Shown here: piece after piece, positions 45,228 through 60,868 of the stretch
Position numbering within the stretch: the first letter of the stretch is position 1
Layout of the letters: each line of letters opens with the position of its first letter
Assembly (NCBI GenBank): GCA_000708835.1
Contig: DF237073.1
Span: 1-64,000, forward strand
Reading direction: 5' to 3'
DNA length: 64,000 nt
From: Klebsormidium nitens
Taxonomy: Eukaryota; Plantae; Klebsormidiophyceae
Translations under genes and position numbers: made by a program
The notes under the pieces: model-generated
Database searches by the model: none
Told to the model about the DNA's origin: nothing
Seen by the model: the letters and a program-made list of their open reading frames with translations, nothing else

Positions 45228-48200
45228 ATGGCGGCGCCAATGCAGAATGGTGCTGGCGAAGCAGCAGGCAATGCTGAAGCACCTATGTTTGTCGGCATGA
45301 ATGAGCCGCTGGAGAGTGTCTTTGCGCGGTTGTTGGAGCACTTGGAGCGGAGTGGGCCGCTCAGTGGACGGCGAAGCCATTGGATCGATCTGCTGAGACA
45401 GGACATGCCCAGCTTGGATCGAAAGCAGAAGATTAAGACTACTTTCAAACTGGACGAGTTCCGGGAAGAGTTGGAGTCAGCATCCTCACAGGACGTCCGC
45501 CTCTTGGCAGACTCAGGATTCTTCAAGGTTCTCTGCGCGTGTCTCCGGGATGCCGATGCAGAGACTTTGGCATGTGCGACAGAGTGCCTCGGGCACTGCA
45601 TTAGGATTGTCCCTGAACTAATTGAGAAGGCCTGGGCATGGGGTGCTTTGAGGCCCGTAGCCACACTTATTTTGAAAGACTGGGAGGTGGCGGACGAGCA
45701 GGCTCTTTATTATGACTTGCCCCTTCAGCACTCCCTTTACTTTCTGGCGACCCTAGGAGGGCCCTGCAACTACGAACAGTTGCGGTGCTCGGAGGAAATA
45801 TGCGAGATCAGTAGGAAGTGCCTGAATTGGTTGAATAAACAGGGCGTGCAAAGGAGAGCTGCTGAGATGCTGGTGGCGCTGTCCAAAGCAAAGGCAGAGA
45901 GCAAGGACGGAGATGACTACCTCCCCTTTGTTTTCAACGCCACCTTAGTTCTCATGTTTGGTTCACATCCTTCGCTCCACTCAAAGGGGCGGCCTGGTGC
46001 CAGGCTGGAAAGTCAGGAGGGTAAGCAGGCTGCGTGATTCCCAGCAGAAACTCTGAGGAGAGACCTTCTCAGAAAACTGACCTCAGTGTTACATCCGTCA
46101 ATTTTCCAAACTCTGTATTTCCGTCAATCTTGCTAAACTTAGTGAATACATTCCTCGGAGTCATGACCTTGGAAGCTGTGAGCGTGAGTCGAGGCTGGGG
46201 CTTTGCATAATGACAACATATTGCTTCTCCCTACCATGTGAAGTTGCATTTCTTTTCAATCAGTGCATCTCATATTTTCTTGGGCAACGTACTGCTTGCT
46301 TCAGAGCCAGCAACATACCACAAGTCTATGGATGCAACAGGATGTCACAAACTGACTCCACGAACTTATTGCAATTGTTCCTTGTCCCTCAGGGCTGGGG
46401 GCCGCCGTGCTGCATTTCATTCAACTGTCCGGGAATCCAGAGTTTATGGAGCGCCCAGAGCCCCGCGGGATCGTAGAGAACAGCACCAAGCTCCTCCTCC
46501 TGCTTTGGTTGCCCTAGTGAGTGCTCAGAGGTTTTCTCGTCAATACCCACTAGTGTTGGTTCCTTCAAGTCGTCTTGTTTACTCTTCCGGATGAGCAATA
46601 CCAATTCAAAAGATTCTTTACATTCTTAAGAGTCAACAACAGCACCAGTGGGCCCTCTGGCGTTTGGAAACGTGTCGTTTTCCACATGTTTAGCAACCTG
46701 AATTCATCATGTAATAGATGGGGGAATTCTTATCAGCTTTCGAGGCTTCTTTCCAAGCAAAGTATTCTTCTTTCAACACCCTGGTTTTAAGCAGCTTACA
46801 ATGAGTTTGTCAGGCTACTCCGATCTCAATAAGTCTCTCACCTGGGGCTGAATCTGACTTGGAAACCATGCAGCAGCCACTTAGTTGCCTGGAAGAAGCC
46901 CTTGCCAGTGGCTTATTGTCGAATCTCGGTGTATCTTCTTTTCAATTACCTGCAGCTCGAGCGCCACCGACTCAGATGCTCTCAGGACGCGGAAGAAAGA
47001 GATTGCTGAGCACCCCGACATTCTCAAGGTCGCCCAAATCCTGAAGGAAGAGGCGGAGTCACAAAGCCATCCCGTGAAGGAAGTGAGCTGCTTTTACTGA
47101 TCGAGAATTTCCTTTCTGAAACTCCCATGTTGAACTGTTTTCCTTCCGTACCTAGATAAAACTTGCAACAGATGGTCAGGGTTGTTGAACGCTAGAAGAT
47201 ACCGATGCGGCTTGTCTAGGTGAGAAAGGAACGGTGTCAACGATCCAGGTGTTTTCGTCCTCCAACATAATAGTCCTGTGCAAGATCATCCGCTGTCTGA
47301 GCCGAAGTTGTACGTCGTTTGGAACACTTTGGAGACACTTCACCGGTTGCAATTGACCAACAAATCAGCTTGCCTCAATAAAGAACCGTTCAAGTCTGAT
47401 GAACGGAAGACCGCCAAGATTTGAATGTCCAAACAAGTTCAGGTCCAATTTCCCACCTTTTGCCGAAGTGTTCGTGAAGTACTGTTGACATCAAGCCGCT
47501 CTTGAGTCCTTCAGGACGTCACCGTCACCCTGGCTAAAGAGGCTGGTAGACTTCGACACAATTTTCTTGTGCTCAGAAGTCAGGGACCGATCTCTGATCC
47601 CCATTCTCTGCCACACTTGCAGTCCACAAAGGCCTGCTTCGCGGCCCTCGTCTGCCTCCTCACCTTCGAGCACCCGCGGCCCCTTCCGCGCGCGACCCTC
47701 GAGAGCGCTCTGCGCATTCTGTGCAATGCTGACGTCAGCGCGGACTGGCTGAGCTGGGACCGATGGAACGTCGTCCTGAACCGCCGGTTCCACGACAACA
47801 CCGTCTCGCCAACGTTCCTCCTGACCCACTTCTTCCCTGCTTTCCTCACCGCGTTCGCCGTCGAGGCCAACCGCTGCAAACCCGCCCGCATTTACGGCCC
47901 CGGTTTGCGGAAGCTCTTCGGCATGGTCGTGTTCCTATCCGGCTGCCTCTGGTTCTCCTACTGCCCGTTGCCGATGTCGTGGGGGACGCCGACCGGCAAG
48001 GAGGCAATCGTGATTCCCAAGGAACTGCTCCCCCGGTTGGTGGACCTCATGATCGAAACTAGAGCGGCCGCTGCGATGGCGTCCCTCACCGGCTTCGCGA
48101 TGTATCGGACGGCGGGGGAGGCGTGCGTGGGGCTGGCTCAAACGGCGGTACAGATGTCGCTCGCCACTTTGAGGCGCTTGAACGAGCAAATGATCCCGGC

Positions 48201-48744
48201 GCTGTTCCACGTCTCGCTGGACGTCTCCCGGGACGACGAGATCATGTGCCTCGCTCGGATGGGCCGTCCGTCGTCCTGTACGGACGAGCTCGTGTCCGGC
48301 ATGCCGGTATTTAAGGTCGAGGTTCTTGGTGCGGACAGCCACGAAGCAGACACCGTAAGGTATGTTTGGGCGCGGAACGTGGTCGAGATCAGTGCCGATG
48401 TGAAGCGTCGAAAAGCAAAGGTTCTCAGCCAGCTAGCGGTTGACATGCGTAGGATAGAGGACGTGCCACTCGTGTGGGAGCTTGACAAAGATGAGCAGCG
48501 GAGATTAGCAATGTTCAATAAGGATCGTCGGGGAGTGTTAAGTAGGCTACACGCGCGACCGCAAGCCGTTGACCCAAGTCATGGAACTGGGCACGGCAAA
48601 GATTCAAGGTGTGCCTCCTGCAGACTTGTCTTGACCAAAGCTAATTTAAAACGCTGTTCAAGGTGCCGTGCCACTACTTACTGTAGCGTTGCGTGCCAAA
48701 AGAAGGACTGGTCTGAACATAAGAACACTTGCAAAAAGACGTGA
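45228..48744 (+). CDS. Large helical-repeat-like protein with a C-terminal MYND zinc finger
   Basis: Exons 45228-46020, 46393-46507, 46956-47082 and 47623-48744 are phase-compatible. The C-terminus is CASCRLVLTKANLKRCSRCRATTYCSVACQKKDWSEHKNTCKKT*. Confidence 0.85.
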
Positions 48745-49498
48745 CTTCGACCGGTGACTAACTAAATCACATCCGGATATTCAGGTAAGCTCACTTTGGC
48801 AGATTCAAATCTCGATGAGCGTTTCGACCATGCATTCATGTGTGGATACTATATAAGATCCGGAAGGGGGTCCGTATCTGAATCACTGACTCACCCGACC
48901 CGACTATAGCTACTAGCTTAAACTGCATGAGCTTGGATATATATCATTTAGACTGGGACTTACAGCATGCCCGGCATGATCGATAGTTCCTGACCGACCG
49001 GCTGCATCACACGTGCAAACATGACATGATGCATTATTTTGGTTGGACTAAATTAATTTCACATATATATGCGCGGCCGAGATTGGCTGAGATTATGTTC
49101 TCCAAATTTGAGAACTTTGATGCATATGGCTTTACTTCTAGTGTGGCGAAAATTGCGCCATGCAGTCACGATGCGCTGCATGTCCACTTATTGTGGGCGG
49201 GCCGGAAAGCTCAGTACGGAAGCCGCATGTAAATTCAGCGCATACAACATCAGCATGAATGCACATCTCAGTGACTGCAGTACTAAAGGAGAGACGAATG
49301 TGAAGGACAAAGAGACGCGGCCACAGCTTGGCACCTGAGAGAGTGTCTTATACGTACACAATCTTACCTTTGCTCGGCGACTCAGTTGGACAGTTAACAT
49401 GTACAGGCTCGCAAAGACCTTGATCTCAAACTTTCGTCACTCACTTGCAACCATCGCTGCCTACTTGTTGCGCTACCTATCTTGGAGCGGCCCTTACC

Positions 49499-53128
<3,630 letters not shown>

Positions 53129-53607
53129 GGTTGAGAGTACTCCCCAATCTTTCCACAAGGAACTCAATTCGAGTAGCAACACACACCACTCAGTCTAGCT
53201 TCATAGAAAAACTTTGCACCACCACCAGCACCAGCTAGCGAGGAAGCGTCCAATGCACCTGATCTCAATTTAGTGGCCCTGTAATTCAAGCAAAGCTCCT
53301 CCTAAAGCAGCTGAGCTGCATGCAATCGGCTCGTGAATCAGTAACAGGCCTGGAAGGAAGATGCAAGGGCGCCCTGAAACTTGTGACTTCGTTGAAAAAC
53401 TTGGAGACTACAACCTACTAGTAGTATAGGGAGAAGTCTTTGGCGCGAAATCTCACAATCTCACCCTATGCTAGTTACTTCTGTCTAACTATTACCGAGG
53501 TCTCGAGCCATTACCACTCGCTAGTGACTAGATTCCCCACCAAGGCATGCAGGACTGGCCAGCTCAAAATCAGCAGCAGCTCAAACCAAAGTGAAGAGGC
53601 TTTCGCC
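53129..53607. promoter_or_regulatory. Probable bidirectional promoter region between PYRB and NLE1
   Basis: The two start codons are head-to-head, 479 bp apart. No specific elements were identified. Confidence 0.5.
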
Positions 53608-56600
53608 ATGGCGGCTAAGAACGTGATAGCTCAGCTGACAGACGCCGAAGGGAAGCCCCTGGGCACGCAGCTTGACCTGCCAGTTGATGCTGGGCCACCT
53701 CAGCTCGAAGCGCTGCTCAACCAATTGCTGCAGAACGATGAGGCGTTACCATATGCATTCTACATTGACAACAATGAGCTTCAGACGCAGCTGGGGCAGC
53801 ATTTGACAGACCACAAGGTGTCAGTAGAAACTGTGCTGCAGATAGTGTATCAGCCCCAGGCTGTGTTCAGGTGAGCGTCCGGTTTTAGGGTTTCGAGCTT
53901 GAGCGCTCTGCAATGCTGTGAGGAGAGAAAAGCTTGTTGCTTGCTCTCGCGATGCTGGGAGTGGTGCGCAGAATCATCTCAATATGTCTATTCAGCATTA
54001 TGGTCAGCATCATGGTTTGCTGTTTGTTGAGGTGGTGGGACAATTGATGGCAGGCTTATGTGAAGATTTATGATTGGACCGCATCTCTGGGCGTTCAATG
54101 TGGATGCAACGCTGTGCTGAAAATGGACAATCAGCTGTTGATCTGTGTGGTTTTCTTATGTAATAGGGCTTTTCTTTCATACTGACTGCATTCCAGCCAA
54201 AGACGTCCCCTATGTATCTCTCGTTCGTTTGAGCATGCTTATCAGTGGAGGAAGAGAACTTTTGACTGCAAGGGCGATCGTTATACCCCAAGCCTGCATT
54301 CAGATCTCAAAGCACTTCCTCTGAATTACACCACCCAAGCATCAAGGTCCATTTGAAGCAATTTGCCTGCTATTGACTTTCCATGAGTCCAATAAGCCAG
54401 AAGCCCCCTTCCCAACGTTGGACGCTCTTTCTACGGCCTCTTTCGCCCCCATGATCAGAAAGCCTCTTCGACCTTCTTATGGACCTCTGACTCTCCCTTC
54501 CTTACCTGAACATCACTCTTCCTTGCCCCCCTTTCCAAGTTTTGATGCTCTCATTTCTGTTTTTCATTTCTGTTTTGAGCAGTCACCTTCTAAGCCCCTT
54601 CTGTAAAACATCACCCCGAAGCCCCTCCCTTCCCTACTTTGTAACTGCCCCCATCACCGTTAGTCCCGTCTCTCCTCCGCACACCTCCTGACGTCTTCCA
54701 TCCTTCCTTTTGAAAAGGCCGTCTGATTTCAAGGTACTCTTGGGCACAAAAGTCCTGCAAAAAATGTCATACGACGGCCCACAATACATCTTGAAAATTG
54801 CCTTTGGCAACTCGAATAACCCTGTGGAGAAAGTTGTTTGGTCGCCCAAAGGGGGCTGGCTTCCCGCCTGCCCCCTTCGAACCTTCGCTTCATCTGTCCA
54901 GGATACGCTTCGTCACTCGTTGTACTGTCACCATCACGTTCTTGCTCCCCATAGCCCGACAACCTTTTTGTCATCCATGCAAAACCGCCAAGCTCCCTCT
55001 GTCCAGGATACGCCCCGTCACCCGCTGCACGGCGACAATCCCAGGCCACGCGGAGGCCGCCCTTGTAGAAACTGCCCCAATCACTGTCCTGTCTCTGCTT
55101 CCCTTAGTTACCGGCAAACTTTCCTGTTGTTTGAACCGCAAACTTTGTTTCACCGTCCAGGATACACCCCGTCACCCGCTGCACTGCCACAATTCCCGGC
55201 CACGCGGAGGCCGTCCTGAGCACCGCGTTCAGCCCCGACGGGCAGCACCTCGCGAGCGGCTCCGGCGACACCACCGTGCGCTTCTGGGACCTCCACACGC
55301 AGACCCCCCTCTTCACATGCTCCGGACACAAAAACTGGGTCCTCTGCATCGCGTGGGCCCCCGACGGGACGCAGCTCGCGAGCGGGGGGATGGACGGGGA
55401 CCTCTGGCTGTGGGATCCCCGGACCGGGAAAGCGGTTGCGGGGCCGCTGAAAGGGCATAAAAAGTGGATAACTAGTCTGGCGTGGGAACCGGCGCACCTG
55501 GCGGCCCCGTGCCGGAGGGTCGCGAGCGCGAGCAAGGACGCGGGGGTGCGGGTGTGGGACACGCAGACGAAGCGGTGTACGATGGTCCTGGCGCAGCACG
55601 CGCTGGCGGTGAGCTGCGTCAAGTGGGGGGGGGACGGGCTGATCTACTCCAGGTGAGGCAGGTGCGGCAGGGGATGATCTGTTACGCCCTTTTTGGTTTT
55701 TTTGTTGCAAGAAAAGTCGGGATCTGCCAGTGCCGGTTGGTGAAATCGGTTTCGAACAAGGTCGTATTAACAGGGTAATCTGCATTACTTGAAAGATGGT
55801 ATTGTTACTTATACCAGGAGCAAGGTGCAAATTTGTTCGTAAGCCAAGTTATGATGATGAGCGTGAAAGATGTTGTAGCGAAAGGCGCGGACGACTCTTA
55901 CTTTGAATTCAAACGACGGACAGCGGGCCAAGTTTGATGGTCGATGAAAACGCAGGATATTGACGTGCGGCTCAGCCACTGCAAGCTTCGCTGTATTTGT
56001 TGTGCGCACCGTTAATAAGGCGACTGGTCCCAAATCCTGCACCCCTTGGAGATTTGGCTGCCCTCAGTAGGCCAGGGTTGACGCTTGTGATTGGGTGAAG
56101 CTGTGACTTGGCAGCGTATCTCTTCGACTGATTGATCTGTGTACGCTAATGTTGGAAAGCCGAGGAGCTCCAAATGTGGCTCTCAGGATGTCAAAAGCGT
56201 GCCGGCCAGCTGGGCCTGCCTCTATTCGGTGCGGACCTATTCTTAAAAAGGAAAATTAGCCGCAACTCTACCTTACCCTGACCGATACAAAGGCGTTGGA
56301 GTCACACCCGTCCAGGCCTGAGGTTTGCACGGTTCCAGGGTCGACGAGAAAGCCAAATCCGCAACAGGACGCGCATCCCGGTCTCTTCGTTTAGACAGGC
56401 AGTTCTGGGCCCGTGCCCGCCCGTCGTTTGGTCCATTGCTCTTTCAGTGTCTTTTCTGCTCTGAGCAGCCCATTTGACGAGTAGCTATCATCGTTGGGTA
56501 CGCAGACCACACCGATCTTCCTCGCTTCTTGCAGCTCCTCGATTGAAGACAACAACTCAGATAAATCCTTTCTCTCATTCACAGACGTTTCCGTCCTCCC

Positions 56601-59436
56601 CTGCCTGCTCTCAGCGGCAGTCCGAACGACCTTGCCATTTGTGCAACTGTGCGTCAGAACAACGTTCTCAGATTCGTTTCATCCACTTATCCGTTCGTCC
56701 GTTCCTTCTTCCGTCTGTCCGTTCAGCCATTCCTCCGTCCGTCTGTCCGTCCATTCATTCGTCCGTCCTCTGATTCCGTTTCCGGTCATTCCGTTCCGCA
56801 GCTCGCGCGACTGTTCAATCAACGTGTGGGAGACGACGACGGGCAAGCTGATTCGGCAGCTGAAAGGCCACGGCCACTGGGTGAATACGCTCGCGCTCAG
56901 CTCCGAGTACGTCCTCCGGTCCGGACCGTTCGACCACACGGGGGCCAAGCCCAGCTCTCCGGAAGAGTGCAAAGAGAAGGCGCTTGCGAGGTGGGGCCAA
57001 CTTCAGTTTACTTGGTCTGTATACGTTCGCGGAGTTTGCTGTGTCTGGCCGCTTGGGCGATTGGACGATCTTGTAGTCCGCCCTTTGTTTCCGCTCTGGC
57101 GGATCCCAGATGTAGTTTGTAATTTGTTTCTGCGTTGTTTGATGGGATTGAAGGACGACTGGGAAGACCGTGGACGAAGACGGAGCCTCAGCATTGAGGT
57201 CACCGGTGAACAGGAAGAAGCGCAACGGTCGCTATTTCGTTGATAGTTGACGTTAGTGGAAGACAAGCTGGGGAAAAGCAGTTGGTTTCGATAGCCGTAG
57301 GTTGTCAGCATTTGGCGCCTTACGGAATAGGTTGGTTTTCGTGTAGAATACCCGCAGAGCATCAGGCTCCGATGGCGTCATATCTGACTCGCATTGGGGT
57401 CGGGCTTGATAGCGCAAAAGGCGCTGGGTCAAGTTGCTTCTCTGATCATATAGAGCCGTTCTTAAGGCGTTTCCTTCATGCAACCTCTGCAAACTTGTTG
57501 GCGAGCACCGGGCTTTCGGACGTTTTCTTCCTGGGTTTGTCAGCATCACGTCGAAGTTCTTCTGATAACTTCGTCGATGCGTTCCGACCCTCGAAGCGCG
57601 ATCATGAGCCCGCGCACGTGTCCTCAACCCTCTTTGCTCCGACCGTCTGCAAGCGTCAATGAAGGGCCCCTCCATCGGCATCTGGCAAACGATCAGCCCT
57701 AAGTGGGCTGATTCTCAACAGCGCCACAAACAGTTACAAAGAAATTGCGGAAAGGGCGTCGACATGCATATTACAAGCACTGTCCATCATTCGCCGGAAG
57801 CTTATCAAGCATGTCTCGCCTCAGGTACACTGCCGTTACAGGCGCCTCCCCCGAGCGCCTCGTCTCCGGCTCCGACGACTTCACGCTCTTCCTGTGGGAA
57901 CCGGGCGTCAGCAAGGCGCCAAAAGCGCGCATGACCGGCCATCAACAGCTGATCAATCAGGTGAGCCGTCTTGGGTCTGTTCACACAGAGCGGGTGTTGT
58001 TGATTTCGAGCGACTGTATAGCTGGGGCTGCCGTCGCTGAGAAAACACCGGGGGTGTTTTGCCAATCCGCCGATCGCACGGTCATACGTCAGCAAAAACA
58101 CCGCGGTTTTGCAAATAGTCACCACGCTCTGGAGCGTGGTGATGAAGTAAACTTTTGCGATGACAATTTCACCGTCGCACGGGACCATTTTTGCGTGCGC
58201 AAGGTACCCCCCGAATTGTGTGGGAGACTTCTGTCAATACAACACCTTCGGTTCTCGGCAATTTAATAAAAGTTCACGCGCTCTGTATGTATAAAGACCC
58301 CTAGTATGTGCAAAGCCGCCAGGTGTCCGACTTCGTTCGTTGTCGTGGCCAAATTCTGTGGTTTGGTCCGAGGGCTTCGTCTTACCTCTCGCAATGATGA
58401 TTTCATGATACTACACTGAATTCGCTGCGGAGTCCCCCTGATGAAGGCGGAGCGCTCTGAAGGTGGTTCTGAACCTTAAGAGACAGGCTACCTATATGTC
58501 CCCGCTGATACTCAAGGCGATTTATTGGGTTACCTTTGCCGAACGGACTCTTCCAAGTTGCTCCCTCTTTTTCCTGGCGTCTGTCTTTCCGTTGCACTCG
58601 TCATATCCGTCAGATATGACCAGGTGTCCTTCTTGCCGCTGCAAAAGTTGTCTTCCTCACCTTATCAGGTCTGTCCCTTATCGTCGATCTCGTCACAATT
58701 TTCACCAGGAGCGTCTCCGCCGTTGATTTTGCGGTTGCGTTCCCAGGTGTTCAAATCCGACTCTTCCAATCGATCTCGTCAGCATCGCCTCCGAACGCCC
58801 CTCTCGCCACTGCTTTCGCCGTGACAGTCCTAAGCGTGCAAGTCTGTATCGTAAGGAATTCGTCAAAGTTGTCACCGGAAGCATCGCTCGCCTTCGTTTT
58901 CGTCATCACCACCCCCAGCTTTTCAAGTTTGTAACCTTGCCGTCCGATCAAGTTATCAGATGCGGTTCCAACCGTTGATTCCGCCGTTCCGCTACCNNNN
59001 NNNNNNNNNNNNNNNNNNNNNNNNNNNNNNNNNNNNNNNNNNNNNNNNNNNNNNNNNNNNNNNNNNNNNNNNNNNNNNNNNNNNNNNNNNNNNNNNNNNN
59101 NNNNNNNNNNNNNNNNNNNNNNNNNNNNNNNNNNNNNNNNNNNNNNNNNNNTTCGACAAGTCCGTCAAGCTGTGGGACGGCTTCTCTGGCGCGTTCGTGG
59201 CGACATTCCGGAGCCACGTGGGCCCCGTGTACCAGATCGCGTGGTCGTCCGACAGCCGCATGCTGGTGTCCGGAAGTAAAGACAGTACGCTCAAAGTGTG
59301 GGACATGCGTACGCGGAAATTGAAAGAAGATCTGCCCGGACATGCGGACGAAGTATACGCGGTGGACTGGAGTCCGAACGGACAAAAAGTGGCGTCCGGC
59401 GGCAAGGACAAGGTGCTCAAGCTGTGGATGCACTGA
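53608..59436 (+). CDS. NLE1: Notchless protein homolog (Rsa4; 60S ribosome biogenesis WD40 protein)
   Basis: Exons 53608-53870, 55161-55652, 56802-56990, 57825-57960 and a last exon starting in the N-gap and ending at 59436. The NLE ubiquitin-like domain (QLEALLNQLLQNDEALPYAFYI...ETVLQIVYQPQAVFR) is followed by WD repeats: GHAEAVLSTAFSPDG, GHKNWVLCIAWAPDG, LKGHGHWVNTLALSSEYVLRSG, ERLVSGSDDFTLFLWEP, DLPGHADEVYAVDWSPNGQKVASGGKD. Confidence 0.97.
54895..55220 (+). repeat. Three copies of the NLE1 intron-1 acceptor plus exon-2 start
   Basis: (c/t)gtccag|gatac-c-cgtcac-cg-tg-ac occurs with exon starts at 54902, 55007 and 55161 (the functional copy). The copies become shorter and more diverged upstream. 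Confidence 0.85.
56685..56801 (+). repeat. Degenerate (tccg/tccat) microsatellite-like tract at an NLE1 intron 3' end
   Basis: atccgttcgtccgttcc...tccgtctgtccgttc...tccgtccgtctgtccgtccattcattcgtccgtcc...ccgttccgcag. Confidence 0.6.
58997..59151. other. Assembly gap (155 N) hiding the start of the last NLE1 exon
   Basis: An N run, after which the sequence resumes in frame at FDKSVKLWDG. Confidence 0.95.
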
Positions 59437-60453
59437 CCGGATGCGCCGCGCGGGACCGAATGACGGAAGGAAGTACCGGAAACGGAGCGACGGAAGTCAA
59501 AAAGCAGTGCATCTCAGAAGGTCCCGGGCGCGAACGAATAGCAATTACGTACAAATTGCAGGTTAGATTTTGCACATCTGGCGATCTGTAATCAAGGACA
59601 ACGTCGGGTCAAATACTGATTCAGCGCAGCGGTAATCAAAAAGCTCCGGTTCGCTCATCGTGCTTGCAGCAAGGAAGTGCTCTCGAGGTCTGAAAGCTCG
59701 GTGTTTCGACTTCCGTGATCCTTGGTCCCACTAGACGGCCAATGCATGCTTTTCGGCATATATAAACTGCAGTACTGCATATTCTTACAGGATGCAGTCA
59801 CTACTTGATCGAAAAGAATCGCCCCTATTCATCCCAAATTACACTGACACGTTTAGTAGCACGAGAGCAGCTAGCGATGCAGTGCTCGTACTCATTATGC
59901 CTCATGAGAGTCTGCGCTCAGCTCGACGTAAGCTTATGATGATTGCTGACATGATCGAGCTAGCTGGTAATTGAAGTACGAAGTTGGTATGCAGCATGCA
60001 GAGCTGCACCGTCTGCAGGGGCCCTTCAAGACTCAAACCGTTGGCAACGTCTTGAACGGGCATTCCCTGTACACGGTTGTCGGACCAAATGAGAGATGTG
60101 CAAGCTCCAGGCCCGTAAAGTGTTTGTTCAGCGGGGATCACTCATGATGCATATGCACTTCTCGCGTCAACCCGAGAAGAGATAGCCGCGCCCGCGCACT
60201 GACAGTTGCTGGATGGTTCTGGCCTGCCTGGTAGGTCTTTCCGCGCGCTATCGGAGCGACGTACGCTTGAAGGCGCAAATGAATTGCTACTTGGAAGAGT
60301 AGCCGCTGTAGGCTGGAGCTGATCTGGTGTATACCGTGACGGTTTTAATTGATTCTGCGCAATCGAGAGCGACTGAAGGGTTCGTGACATCCCAACGTCA
60401 ACAAGCAGCGGCTCGAAGCCATTATGGGCGGCACTTTGAGCTAATGTCCTTTG

Positions 60454-60500
60454 TGCATGTTGCATGCGAAGCACGTGGAACGCAAGACCAAAGCACGTCT
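60454..60500 (+). promoter_or_regulatory. RY elements next to a G-box/ABRE upstream of the oleosin gene
   Basis: TGCATG (reverse complement of CATGCA) at 60454 and 60461, CACGTGG at 60472, and a further ACGT core near 60495. All lie about 400 bp upstream of the ATG at 60869. Confidence 0.35.
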
Positions 60501-60868
60501 TAGTTTGATGTCCGATTGTGGTTCGTTTGGCTTAAGACTGCCAGGACGACTTATTAGCATCTCTGTCCCAACCAGTGCTGAGCAGTGTTAGCTAGTTTGT
60601 CAGAAGGGAGACTGCTGACGAGGACACCCTTGGATAAGTTTGCAGCTGAGAAAGCGTCACGCTTGAAATGATCTTCTTGCGAGTGACTCAAAGCAGTGTC
60701 GAAGCCGCACTACCAAACTCCTCGCTCCTTCCCTCCAAGTTGCGCTGCCGTTCTTCAAATAGACGCTCGCCGCCCGTTCTGCCCATCCTCTCATCCAGCT
60801 CTCTAGCTTTCTTGCTTTCCGGCGTCTCTGTTCTCTTCCCCTTTCCCCGAGACTATCGACTGCGAACC

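Noticed and set aside
57240-58951. ORFs on both strands inside NLE1 introns
   Set aside because: No recognisable domain such as RT or transposase; they are short and inconsistent between frames.
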